A stretch of 64,000 nucleotides of DNA from IMG/VR virus record IMGVR_UViG_3300010885_026047, positions 49,640 through 113,639 of that record, one strand, 5' to 3'. Positions 1 to 8,826 of this stretch are shown here, piece after piece. The notes under the pieces are model-generated. The model did no database searches, was not told where the DNA came from, and was given only the letters and a program-made list of their open reading frames with translations. Position 1 is the first letter of the stretch. Each line of letters begins with the position of its first letter. Source of the DNA: a virus. Both the position numbers and the translations under genes were made by a program.

Positions 1-1346
1 GCACCATCAGTGTTAGCTGAGAGTACATCTATACCAGCATCACACATCCACTCTATCAGCATCAGTATCTCAAACTGGTTACCGATAGTACACTGAAAGT
101 GAACCCACGGGTCATACTGTACACTGTAAGTACTGTTGGTCATACCAAAACCACCACCGTTAACGGAGACTTTCAGTGTCTCGGCTATACCTTTGTACCG
201 GGCATCTGTCTTGCCTCTCTTCTTAGCATCTAACCGTTTCTCTATCAACCGTTTGTAGTTTACCAACCACTCTTTACCAAGATGTGCCGGATAGAGACCA
301 CGTTTTACGATACTTGACGGATACTGACTACCTGCATCAAACTCTATTAACTTGTAGCTATCTGTTGACTGTAGTAGTACTGCAGGGTTTTCTGTGTGTA
401 TACCACCTTTAGCTATCATATACTGCAGACCTTGGTACACAAACGGAAACTCCTGTTTTGCACCTCCCAGGTTCACTCTCTCCTGTTCTACCTGTTTACG
501 AATACTTTGCATCTCTGCAGACTTGAACCTAATATAACTGGGTATACAGTCCCCAAACGTAAACTCTTTCTTCTTCCGGCTCTTTTTAGCTGCATAGAGA
601 TCGTTCCAGTTCTTACCGGACTCTTTCATATACCCTAACAAGTTTACCTGTTCACCAAGCTTTACATCTGAGTAGCTGATAGCTTCTTTTGCCAGACCAA
701 ACTCTTCCATAGCGTCTAACCGTTCCTGTATCTTATCCTTACCTTTATACAGTTCGTTATCACAGTTACCCACTGTGTAGTTCCAAAGTGTCTCTGTTGC
801 TCTGATATCGTGCTCACAGTACTCTTGTACCATCTTACACTGTTCTTCAGTCAGATAAGGTTCTGTATGGTCAAACGGCATCTCATCTACTATCTGGTCA
901 GTCATAAACTCTATCCATTTCAAACTGGTCCGTTTGTTTTCGTTGAAAAAGTTGTGGATAGTTCCAAGGTCTATCTGAGCTATATCCATATACTTTTGGT
1001 TATATGGAGGCTTTATCTCATAGTCCTGGTTATTTATAATGTTTGACGCAAAACCAGCTATAAACCCAACTATCTCCATAGCAGAACAGTTACTCCATAC
1101 ATGAGCTGTATCTAACACGTACTGTATAACCTGGCCATCAAACGATATGTTGTTAAAACCACATATGTAGTCTTTTGGCATATCTACAAGCCACTTAACC
1201 AAACTGTCCAGTTCGTTCTTGTACTCGGATATCTCAAACCAGTACCACTCTTCTTTACCAACCTTCTTGAACCCGAAAAGGCTTACAGCTTGAAAGGTCT
1301 CGATGTCATATAAGAAGGTTCTATCTGCTATGTCTTTAGTCGTCAT
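1..1346 (-). CDS. polB: Family B DNA polymerase (crAss-like PolB), 5' part; runs off the left edge
   Basis: Absent from the ORF track because it is truncated. Hand translation from ATG at 1346 is open to the edge: ExoI YDIETF, ExoII GFNNISFD, ExoIII YCEHD, motif A DAGSQYPS, motif B K..VNGGGFG, motif C ANTDG. Confidence 0.93.
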   Translation of the reverse strand, partial: MTTKDIADRTFLYDIETFQAVSLFGFKKVGKEEWYWFEISEYKNELDSLVKWLVDMPKDYICGFNNISFDGQVIQYVLDTAHVWSNCSAMEIVGFIAGFASNIINNQDYEIKPPYNQKYMDIAQIDLGTIHNFFNENKRTSLKWIEFMTDQIVDEMPFDHTEPYLTEEQCKMVQEYCEHDIRATETLWNYTVGNCDNELYKGKDKIQERLDAMEEFGLAKEAISYSDVKLGEQVNLLGYMKESGKNWNDLYAAKKSRKKKEFTFGDCIPSYIRFKSAEMQSIRKQVEQERVNLGGAKQEFPFVYQGLQYMIAKGGIHTENPAVLLQSTDSYKLIEFDAGSQYPSSIVKRGLYPAHLGKEWLVNYKRLIEKRLDAKKRGKTDARYKGIAETLKVSVNGGGFGMTNSTYSVQYDPWVHFQCTIGNQFEILMLIEWMCDAGIDVLSANTDG

Positions 1347-1407
1347 ACCTCTTTAGCTTTTATATAGGTGCTGATAGGGTTTGTTTGTCCTACCAGCACC
1401 CTTTTTG

Positions 1408-1629
1408 TTAGTCTTGTTTCTTTTCTAACTTTCCCCACTTCTCCAGGTTATAATCTTTGTACTCCATAACTACCATCTTCCATACATCAGAGAACGTACC
1501 TATAACTATCCTTACGTTGACTGTTAGCTGTTCCCGTTCTGTGTCGTTTGAGAGCACATCCATCTCTCTGTACTCTGACCCGTATCTTGCTACTATCAGG
1601 TCTCCGGTCTTTAACTCGTTTAACTGCAT
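1408..1629 (-). CDS. Small hypothetical protein
   Basis: 73 aa ORF with A-rich leader, co-directional with its neighbours. Confidence 0.7.
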   Translation of the reverse strand: MQLNELKTGDLIVARYGSEYREMDVLSNDTEREQLTVNVRIVIGTFSDVWKMVVMEYKDYNLEKWGKLEKKQD

Positions 1630-1644
1630 CTTTCTGTTTGGTTT

Positions 1645-1860
1645 TTACTGTTTGTCTTCAGTTGGTTTTATCGTTTGTTGTTGTGGAGCCGATGTTATCA
1701 CTACACAGTTGGCATGTGTCTTATCTCCTACTGGCATAGTTGCTACCTGTGTTGCTTCTACAGGTAACCTGAAGAGTTCTGTAAGTAGCTGTTTCTCCAG
1801 CTCTGTTTCTGGAGTACATATCAGCTGCAGCTTTCCGTTACATATAAACGTTGTTTTCAT
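1645..1860 (-). CDS. Small hypothetical protein
   Basis: 71 aa ORF packed in the minus-strand operon. Confidence 0.65.
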   Translation of the reverse strand: MKTTFICNGKLQLICTPETELEKQLLTELFRLPVEATQVATMPVGDKTHANCVVITSAPQQQTIKPTEDKQ

Positions 1861-1929
1861 ATCTTCTTGTGTTTAAAGCTACACGGAGAGTACTTATCCC
1901 TCAAACATAGCTGGTTGTGAAAAGTACTT

Positions 1930-2283
1930 TTATACTTCTGACAGATGCTTCATTGCTGTGTTTATCAAACAACTTGCCCTGTACAATGTTTTCTTTTCCT
2001 TATAGTTGTTGTAACTTTCGGCATCTGTTACATACTTTTTTCCTCTTTCCGATACTTCAGCTACTTGCTTTCTAATATCTATACGAATACTATTTATCCG
2101 GGCCAGTATCTCTAACTTCCTGTTTTCACTATAGTTCCAGTTCAACCTGGTTCCTTGCAGATAGTTAGCTACTGTCTCTGTAGAAGGTTTGTGTTTTGGT
2201 GCAGGTACATGTGTTTGTACTGTCTTCATGTCAAGTGTACTACCTGCCAAGTAGAGAACACTTACTACTAGTTTTTTGCTCAT
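1930..2283 (-). CDS. Hypothetical basic protein
   Basis: 117 aa, preceded by AAAACAACCAAACG leader. Confidence 0.7.
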   Translation of the reverse strand: MSKKLVVSVLYLAGSTLDMKTVQTHVPAPKHKPSTETVANYLQGTRLNWNYSENRKLEILARINSIRIDIRKQVAEVSERGKKYVTDAESYNNYKEKKTLYRASCLINTAMKHLSEV

Positions 2284-2323
2284 CGTTTGGTTGTTTTAGT
2301 TGTTTTGTGAACTGTTTGTTTGT

Positions 2324-2965
2324 TTAACATCCTTCTCCAGGTTCTCTTCGGTCTGGTACTTTTCCATATACACTATCCAGAAACTCGTTCTCTTTTAACA
2401 TCGTTTCAAACTCTTCATAAGACCCTTTCTTTAGTCCTGTTGTGTGGTTATAAAGGGGCAAGTCTTCTGATGGTACAGGTTCTCCAGATAACCATCTTGC
2501 ATCTGTTTCTTGTTTTCCTTTTAGCCAGTTTACTAGTTCTTCATCAGTAGTTTCGGATAACAGTTTGTCTATATCCTTTTCTAACTGTATAAGATCAACG
2601 TGAGGTCTTTCTGTCTCTTCGTGTGTTTCGTGTACTGAGCACTCTATCTCTTTCTGTAGAGCTTTGTACTTCTGTTTTAGTTCTTCATAGCCAGTGTCCA
2701 ACATATCCCGTTGTTTTTTCATATACTTCAAAGTCTCTTGCGAAGTTTCGTACTTCTCTACCCACTCATCTCTTTGTTTAAGTAGCATGTTTCTGTGCTT
2801 TGAAAGTATATCTAACAACTGTTGAGCTTTTGTTGCTTCTGTTATAGCGTTTTTAGCTAACGGTTCCCATCTTTTTGCAGCATGTAAATATCCCCACAGA
2901 TATCCAAGACCTGTAGTTACAAGAGAGATAGCAATGTATATCAGTACTATAGTTTGTGTTGTCAT
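2324..2965 (-). CDS. Membrane-anchored coiled-coil protein
   Basis: N-terminal hydrophobic helix (IVLIYIAISLVTTGLGYLWG) followed by a heptad-like charged region. Confidence 0.75.
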   Translation of the reverse strand: MTTQTIVLIYIAISLVTTGLGYLWGYLHAAKRWEPLAKNAITEATKAQQLLDILSKHRNMLLKQRDEWVEKYETSQETLKYMKKQRDMLDTGYEELKQKYKALQKEIECSVHETHEETERPHVDLIQLEKDIDKLLSETTDEELVNWLKGKQETDARWLSGEPVPSEDLPLYNHTTGLKKGSYEEFETMLKENEFLDSVYGKVPDRREPGEGC

Positions 2966-3089
2966 ATCTGTTTTGTTTTTAATTTGGCTATCGATAGAAA
3001 AAGAGAAACAAGCAACTGGTTACCCATAAGATACACCAGTTACTGTTCTCCGTTCACATGCACAACCAAACGTACATATCTTTTTTTCC

Positions 3090-3431
3090 TTAACTTAACC
3101 ACTCTGCAGGTGCTGGTGTTGTTTTCCGGTTATAGCAGATAAGTCCTATCCAGTGTTCTCCAGTGTCTGTAACAAAGTGCTGTGGTTTCTCTACTTTCTC
3201 TGCATATCTCGGTTTTAAAACTCCTAGAGAACCAAGTAGTTCCTGAGACCTTATCCAGTCAGCGTACTGTGGATCTTCTCTACAGACATATCCCCAGGTC
3301 TTGTGTAGGTACTTTCCGAACGAGAGTAAACTTTCATACGACTCTCTGTGAGTAGACATACTGTACGGTATTTTCTTCCACTCCTTCTTCTGTGTATCTG
3401 GTTTCTGTTGGACCTTCTTACTTATCTGCAT
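3090..3431 (-). CDS. Hypothetical protein with FGKY..P.Y..W motif (DUF3820/exonuclease X C-terminal-like)
   Basis: LSFGKYLHKTWGYVCREDPQYADWI. Confidence 0.55.
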   Translation of the reverse strand: MQISKKVQQKPDTQKKEWKKIPYSMSTHRESYESLLSFGKYLHKTWGYVCREDPQYADWIRSQELLGSLGVLKPRYAEKVEKPQHFVTDTGEHWIGLICYNRKTTPAPAEWLS

Positions 3432-3760
3432 CAGTTTTGTTGATCTTCAGTGACTTCCAGTTGTTTGCTTTTCTCAACTCTTACAAATGGTTTTGTGTAC
3501 CCATGTTCTTGCAGCCATATCTCCGGTCTTCTAACACGTAACCTCTGTCTGTAGAAGTGTTGCCCTGGTCTCGTAAACCACGAGAGAGCTATACCTACAA
3601 GACCTCCTACGTTTAACAAACCTGTCCATATAGCTCCCATAACGTGACTTGGTATCAGTTCTGAACGGTTCCATAGCTCTATAGCGGAGATATCTATACA
3701 GACTAACATAACTGTTATAGCTGTTCTATACGGTAGTGTGTATATCCATCTTTGTTTCAT
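3431..3760 (-). CDS. Two-TM membrane protein
   Basis: Two hydrophobic segments; its stop overlaps the start of the next gene. Confidence 0.65.
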   Translation of the reverse strand: MKQRWIYTLPYRTAITVMLVCIDISAIELWNRSELIPSHVMGAIWTGLLNVGGLVGIALSWFTRPGQHFYRQRLRVRRPEIWLQEHGYTKPFVRVEKSKQLEVTEDQQN

Positions 3761-3927
3761 AACTGTTGTGGCTTTAAGTCGTTGTGAACAGATAGTTCTG
3801 AAACATATACATCTATCAGAGCACTTGGAGTATCATCTTCTATCCACATCCACTTGTTGGGATCGTGTACTGGTTGTGTCCACTCTGCTACTGGTATCTT
3901 TCCTGAAGTTTCTTGGTTGTTGTACAT
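3757..3927 (-). CDS. Small hypothetical protein (56 aa, not in ORF track)
   Basis: MYNNQETSGKIPVAEW...KPQQL*; A-rich leader; ATGA overlap with the next gene. Confidence 0.6.
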   Translation of the reverse strand: MYNNQETSGKIPVAEWTQPVHDPNKWMWIEDDTPSALIDVYVSELSVHNDLKPQQL

Positions 3928-3940
3928 AGTTTTGGTTGTT

Positions 3941-4246
3941 TTAGTGTGGTAACAATAGCTTACAGACCGGAGCTGAGATAAACCCTGAAGATACTCTACG
4001 TAGTTCTGGTCCTATATGTCCGGCTTTTAACATCTCTTCATAGATACCTTCGTTTTCACTGTAGTCTTTTACGATAACTTCATCGGCTTCTATCTGTTCT
4101 TCAGGTATGTTGATAGTAGCTACACACTCTGACTCTGGCCCAAACTGTTCATCTTCTGTAGAGATATACACTACAGCAAGTCGTTTGTTGTTATATCTGT
4201 GAACAGTCGGTGTCCACTTGTGAAAGTTCTCTTGTATATAGTTCAT
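3941..4246 (-). CDS. DUF4313-like protein
   Basis: Pattern Y.N.RLA...ATINI...VKDYSENEG...L..G.....R.V.SGF...PV. Confidence 0.6.
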   Translation of the reverse strand: MNYIQENFHKWTPTVHRYNNKRLAVVYISTEDEQFGPESECVATINIPEEQIEADEVIVKDYSENEGIYEEMLKAGHIGPELRRVSSGFISAPVCKLLLPH

Positions 4247-4277
4247 GTTTGGTTGTTTTGTATCGTTTAGTTTGTTG

Positions 4278-4757
4278 TTATCTGTACATCTTCATGTTGT
4301 TGTACTGGCTGTTTACTTCTTGCATGATCTTCTCGTTTCCTGTACCTGTGTCCGGGTGATACATCTTGCAGAGTTGTCTATAACGTTTCTTCACTTCCTC
4401 TGCTGTTCTACAGCTAGAGAAGTAGTCAGTTTTACTTCTTACCCAGTCACTATAGTCTCTGCTGTTATAGCTCCTTGACTTTCTCTGACGAGGTTCAACC
4501 TTCAGCATAGTCAGACAGAACAGGTTTGTTACCCACTTCTGACCAAACTGTACACTCTTAACACTGAAAGAGCCAGACACTTTATCGTTTAACTCTACAG
4601 GTCCTAACAGCTTCTCTATGTTATCGTCAAAGATAACCATATACAGGTCACGTTTGTCATCGGTGTGTATAACGATGTTGACCTTTCGTTTGATCTTACC
4701 GGTACACTCTTCAGACTCACCTACCCAGGTTATCCTGCCTATATAGTCGTATGTCAT
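4278..4757 (-). CDS. DUF3127-like OB-fold protein fused to a C-terminal J domain
   Basis: C-terminus EEVKKRYRQLCKMYHPD...MQEVNSQY carries the HPD motif; N-terminus resembles DUF3127 (V.V.FSV.S..F..KW.T.L). Confidence 0.7.
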   Translation of the reverse strand: MTYDYIGRITWVGESEECTGKIKRKVNIVIHTDDKRDLYMVIFDDNIEKLLGPVELNDKVSGSFSVKSVQFGQKWVTNLFCLTMLKVEPRQRKSRSYNSRDYSDWVRSKTDYFSSCRTAEEVKKRYRQLCKMYHPDTGTGNEKIMQEVNSQYNNMKMYR

Positions 4758-5008
4758 ATAGCTGTTATCTGAACGTCTTCATCTTCTGGTAAAACTCCTA
4801 TAACTTCTAACAGGTTGTGGTCTACTTCTGTATCTATCGGATAGTGGATAAACTCATCGAAGAACTCCTCTTGTGTATACCCTAACTGTTCCATAGTTAC
4901 CATATCTCCATCTTCTGTGTCAGTTCTTACTTTCAACTCTTTGTTGATCTCTGCAGAGACACGAAACTTGTAGTTACTTGCATCTCTATACTGTAGTTCA
5001 TACTTCAT
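4754..5008 (-). CDS. Acidic hypothetical protein
   Basis: 84 aa starting YRDASNYK; ATGA overlap with the next gene. Confidence 0.7.
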   Translation of the reverse strand: MKYELQYRDASNYKFRVSAEINKELKVRTDTEDGDMVTMEQLGYTQEEFFDEFIHYPIDTEVDHNLLEVIGVLPEDEDVQITAI

Positions 5009-5012
5009 ACTT

Positions 5013-5513
5013 TTAGTCGTTTTTAACCCATTTGCTTTCTCCTACTACCACTCTCTTTGGGTACTTTCTTATCCGGTTACCGTTAAAGAACAACTGCGGG
5101 TTTATCCAAAACACATCTTTGTACTCTGCTGTAGGTGTCATAAACTCATATCTGCAGAGTTCCTTCATAGCCTCTTTGTACGTGTTTATAGACTTTATAG
5201 TGTTCTTCTTCATGTACCACTCACGGTTCAGATATATCCAGTCTTTGTTGACTTCCACGTTATAGAGTAGATATAGATAGAGAGACTTAGCTGCTGCTGA
5301 TAAGTTATAGACCCTGTCTTTACACCCTGCTGACTGGTATATCCGTGTTGACTTAGCTTTTTCTACCAAACGTTCTACAGGTATATCTTCACCTGTTTTC
5401 TCATCTCTGACGAACATCTTACTCTCTACAACAGCAGTAGCTTCTATACACAGTTTACTGGCAAACGGGTTGTTTATCAGCTTGGTTTGGTCTATCTCTT
5501 GTCGTTTCTTCAT
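5013..5513 (-). CDS. RepL-like winged-helix replication/regulatory protein
   Basis: LS..AKSLYLYLL helix, SINTYKEAMKEL HTH-like segment and wing VFWINPQLFFNGNR. Confidence 0.65.
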   Translation of the reverse strand: MKKRQEIDQTKLINNPFASKLCIEATAVVESKMFVRDEKTGEDIPVERLVEKAKSTRIYQSAGCKDRVYNLSAAAKSLYLYLLYNVEVNKDWIYLNREWYMKKNTIKSINTYKEAMKELCRYEFMTPTAEYKDVFWINPQLFFNGNRIRKYPKRVVVGESKWVKND

Positions 5514-5514
5514 G

Positions 5515-5787
5515 TGTCAGTCTTTTGACAAAGTTACAAACTCTTTTTCAACTTGTCAAATTTTTGACTACTTTTATCTTGTTTTTGAAACTGTCAACCA
5601 GTTGACACCGATCCTGACAACTTTGTCCTCTGAAACCCTTGTCTGTACTGTCATACAACTACTTTTTACCATACAACACTTTTCCGCCCTTCTTGTTACT
5701 ACGATAAAGTACGACCTACGTAAACACTCTTCATAGCAGCCATAGGTATAGGTTTCAGCAGTTTTTAGCACTGTCAACCTACTGACA
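5515..5787. repeat. Four palindromic TGTCA-N6-TGAC(A/T) sites (operator/iteron array)
   Basis: Copies at 5515-5530, 5554-5569, 5592-5607 and 5772-5787, all with a 6-nt spacer. Confidence 0.8.
5529..5560 (-). promoter_or_regulatory. Bacteroidota primary-sigma promoter for the RepL-like gene
   Basis: Minus strand TTTG-N20-TAACTTTG, 15 nt before ATG 5513. Confidence 0.8.
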
Positions 5788-5910
5788 ACTATCTACAGCC
5801 AGTTAACCCACCAGATATAACTACTACCTGCAGAGAGTTGTTTCTAGCAGGGTTTCGTGTTTCTTCTACAGGTTGTTGTGTTCTGGGTATAGCTATACTT
5901 CTTCAGGTAG

Positions 5911-6237
5911 TTACTTGCTAGTATAAACCCTCTGCTGATACCAGTTGTGGAACTCTACAGGGTCTTTCATCATGTCTGACAGTGTCTGTGCTTTTGGCTC
6001 AACTCTGTCATAGGCAGGTCTTGTCTTCGGAAACTCTACATATCGACCACTTTCTTTGCCTATAGTCAGTTCCTGTAGACCTAACAGAGTACCTACTTCT
6101 ACACAAACCAGAACGTTATCTGTATCGCTGATAACTGGTATATACTGATCTGCAGGGTAAAACCTGGGCCGGAACAAACCTATGACCCTGTCTTGCATTT
6201 GTCTGAGAGCTTCACTCAGTTGCTTTGTGTCTTGCAT
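5911..6237 (-). CDS. Hypothetical protein
   Basis: 108 aa ORF with A-rich leader. Confidence 0.65.
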   Translation of the reverse strand: MQDTKQLSEALRQMQDRVIGLFRPRFYPADQYIPVISDTDNVLVCVEVGTLLGLQELTIGKESGRYVEFPKTRPAYDRVEPKAQTLSDMMKDPVEFHNWYQQRVYTSK

Positions 6238-6318
6238 GTTTTTGTGTTTTAACTGGTTAACTTATCTTGGATAACGCTTCACTTCTGTAGAAAGGGTGTA
6301 TAGAGCAGAACATCGAAC

Positions 6319-6558
6319 TTACTCTATATGGCTTAGGAGAAAGTTTGCCAACTGTTTTGCCTGTAGACTATCTATACCTACATGTAGCTCTCTTTCCAGG
6401 TCTTCATCCCATTTACAGATGTCCAGAAACGCACCATTACCATGTTCTGTAGAGTCTATACTGAGCCTTTCAGCAACTTTATCATCACCATACTCTGCCT
6501 GTTGACCTTCTTTGTACTCGGTCAGAAACATCTCTAACTTACTGTAGCTGAGTTTCAT
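6319..6558 (-). CDS. Hypothetical protein (start revised to ATG 6558)
   Basis: The track's longer start overlaps a terminator-like hairpin; MKLSYSKLE start preferred. Confidence 0.65.
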   Translation of the reverse strand: MKLSYSKLEMFLTEYKEGQQAEYGDDKVAERLSIDSTEHGNGAFLDICKWDEDLERELHVGIDSLQAKQLANFLLSHIE

Positions 6559-6589
6559 ATATCTAGACTTTTTAACTTTGTGTGAAACG

Positions 6590-6626
6590 AAAAACACCTG
6601 CACAGAACTATATCCATGCAGATGTT
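6590..6626 (-). terminator. Intrinsic terminator
   Basis: Minus strand AACATCTGCATGGA..TTCTGTGCAGGTGTT running into a T tract. Confidence 0.6.
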
Positions 6627-6649
6627 ACTTAAACGAACAAGGTGTGTTA

Positions 6650-6772
6650 CTACTCCTCAACTGGAGAAGGAACGTACACGAGAAGTGCTGTAGGGTACTG
6701 ATCTTCGAACTGTGACCACGTTCCAACAAACTCTCTTATCTTGGCTGACTTAGACGACAGCAGCTTAAACAT
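6650..6772 (-). CDS. Possible 40-aa small protein
   Basis: MFKLLSSKSAKIREFVGTWSQFEDQYPTALLVYVPSPVEE, tandem stops TAG TAA, then the terminator. Confidence 0.4.
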   Translation of the reverse strand: MFKLLSSKSAKIREFVGTWSQFEDQYPTALLVYVPSPVEE

Positions 6773-6870
6773 AAACAAAAACATAATATCTACAGACGCG
6801 GCATTACCCTGCTGTAGACCCTGTACTTAAACACTTATAAACTACCCTGAAGAGAGAGAGTAGTAACTAC

Positions 6871-7056
6871 AGGTAGATGATGTGAGTGAGAGTAGGATTC
6901 GGCACCTACAACAACTTTAGCTATGAACTTGACCCTATCAGTAGCCCAACCGTACTTCAGCCTGTTACAGCATGTACATATGCACTATCCTTCGTGCCGT
7001 TTATTCACTATAACGGAGCATCTGTTGCATCTTGCTTGACCTCACCCACACCACCT
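6871..7056 (-). ncRNA. Candidate tRNA-like structured RNA (~185 nt; YrlA- or tmRNA-TLD-like architecture)
   Basis: Minus-strand ends pair (AGGTGG-TGTGGGTGAGG with TCTCACTCACA-tcat-CTACCT) using G-U wobbles possible only on the minus strand; T-arm mimic GTAGG-TGCCGAAT-CCTAC sits directly before the 3' strand; internal hairpins. Confidence 0.6.
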
Positions 7057-7529
7057 ATCTATACTACTACCCTTCTATCCTCTACTACAGGTAAAACTAA
7101 CTTAAAACAACTACTAGTTATAGTAAGACCCTTCCTCACCATCCCACTCTTTACAGCAGAGTATCTGATAGTTCGGGTTATTGGCATATGCTTTTGTCCT
7201 TGCTTCAGTATCTGAAGTAGCATTGATAGTAATCCACCAAGGTCTATCTGTGTGATGACACGTAACTTGTAACTTATACAACATAACCTAGTAGCCACTG
7301 AAGTAGGCCCACACTATAAACATATGAACTTAAAAACAACTACACACACTACAAGAAACAACAACTATACCCTTCAAACTACTACAGAGATAACCATAAG
7401 CTATACAAAACCACTGCAGAAACACCACAAAACCAACCAATATACCCTGAAGATACACCATAACCCTACAAGAGAGCATAACCATACACCACTCTACCAA
7501 GCTAACAGTAGTACAGATAGCACTATAAG

Positions 7530-7725
7530 TAGGTCAAAAGGACACCAGTAAGGTCAGTTTGCGACAAAAAAGAGAGAAAATACTGTTATGTGGAGTAGTA
7601 TAATACCCTCAAATCCCCTCTTTCACACACAAAGTAGCAGTTATATATCTTCGGTGCCGCAATATGACCTTGAGAGTGGGTGTTTTTTGGTGTCAACCCC
7701 GCTATAGGCGATAACATTTGACCTA
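7530..7725 (+). repeat. Nested imperfect inverted repeat (long stem-loop)
   Basis: Ordered pairs 7530-38/7717-25, 7541-47/7688-94, 7550-56/7665-71, 7559-63/7658-62. Confidence 0.55.
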
Positions 7726-7768
7726 TAGTAAAACCAGCTTATACGTAACTCACCACAACTTAGAGAAG

Positions 7769-7805
7769 TATAGAGAGCACCCTAACTTGTAGGATACTCT
7801 CTATA
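7769..7805 (-). terminator. Strong hairpin, probable terminator or processing site
   Basis: Minus strand TATAGAGAGTATCCT-ACAAGTT-AGGGTGCTCTCTATA. Confidence 0.6.
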
Positions 7806-7835
7806 AACTCTTTATACATAACAAGGAATACTACT

Positions 7836-7985
7836 CTATGCTACTTTGAAGTGACCTTTGAACAGTCCTGCTCCAAGTGGTATCATAGTAAAAGAAACAC
7901 TCCTACGATACCTGTTACGGAGCAGTTGGTAAGCAGCTATAAGCTGTACGTAGGTCCTGGCTGAGAACGATATAATCTTTTTCAT
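7836..7985 (-). CDS. Small basic protein (49 aa, not in ORF track)
   Basis: MKKIISFSARTYVQLIAAY...GHFKVA*; typical AAAACAACCAAAG leader. Confidence 0.6.
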   Translation of the reverse strand: MKKIISFSARTYVQLIAAYQLLRNRYRRSVSFTMIPLGAGLFKGHFKVA

Positions 7986-8044
7986 CTTTGGTTGTTTTAG
8001 ATATGAACTGATGTTTTGTTTGTTAACCTTTAACGATAAGAGTG

Positions 8045-8075
8045 TAGAGAGTTACCCTTAACGGATAACCCTCTA
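8045..8075 (-). terminator. Hairpin downstream of the 8088-8759 gene
   Basis: Minus strand TAGAGGGTTATCC-GTTAA-GGGTAACTCTCTA. Confidence 0.6.
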
Positions 8076-8087
8076 TCTCTCAACTGT

Positions 8088-8759
8088 TTACGCTACAACA
8101 GGTGCTGCTGAAGTAACGGCTGGTGTAAACGCCTTGTTACGTGCAAACCATGCATCAGACAGCTGCTGTTTGTTGTCATGTGCTACATAGCTGTCCATAG
8201 CTTCGGGCTTATAAACACCGTTGTTGTTGGCAAAATGTGCCATAACCCTACGATATATCGGAGTTGCTACTGCCTCACCCTGGGCATTTGGTTCATACTT
8301 CAGCAACTGGATACCGTCTGGTGTCTTCTTCAGGTCACGACCTGGGTTAGTCTTGCTGAAAGGTATCGTACTTTCATGTACACATACCCGAACACGTTTA
8401 ACGGGTTCACCTACCTTAGCACCTAACAGTACCAAACGGGTTTCGATATCATCCCCGTCATCACCAAACACATTGGTATATACCGGAACAGGTTTCCCGC
8501 TGTCCGATAAATCCATAACACCAAGCCGCATAAATGCAACTTCTTTACCATTTGTACCCGGTTGGATACGTGCACCATTACCCTGTACTGGAGTCCATGC
8601 TCCTGAAGGGTCTTCCACAAACTCCGGTAACAGGATTACTGCACCGTCACCATACATAGCCGTCTTCTCTGCAAGATACCTGCGGATGGCTGAACGGTTA
8701 GCCTTTAACTGTGTGTCACTAAGTGACTGTCTTGCTGCAACATTAGCTGCTGTGCTCAT
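8088..8759 (-). CDS. Hypothetical early protein (possibly ssDNA-binding)
   Basis: 223 aa, beta-rich, own hairpin terminator; the function is a guess. Confidence 0.75.
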   Translation of the reverse strand: MSTAANVAARQSLSDTQLKANRSAIRRYLAEKTAMYGDGAVILLPEFVEDPSGAWTPVQGNGARIQPGTNGKEVAFMRLGVMDLSDSGKPVPVYTNVFGDDGDDIETRLVLLGAKVGEPVKRVRVCVHESTIPFSKTNPGRDLKKTPDGIQLLKYEPNAQGEAVATPIYRRVMAHFANNNGVYKPEAMDSYVAHDNKQQLSDAWFARNKAFTPAVTSAAPVVA

Positions 8760-8826
8760 AAGAATTGTTTTTAGTATAAAAGAAATGCCTACTCTGTTAC
8801 AGGTTTTCGGCTTACCCTGTTTATCT

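Noticed and set aside
5515-5787. CRISPR array or mini-array
   Set aside because: Units are 16-bp palindromes with variable centres and irregular spacing, not 25-45 bp direct repeats with spacers.
6871-7056. Canonical tRNA or full tmRNA
   Set aside because: No anticodon arm of normal size, 8-nt T-loop and no CCA; too short for tmRNA with no clear tag frame. Kept only as a tRNA-like candidate.
7324-7551. 75-aa Thr/His-rich ORF
   Set aside because: Low-complexity product of the A/C skew, and opposite to local gene direction.
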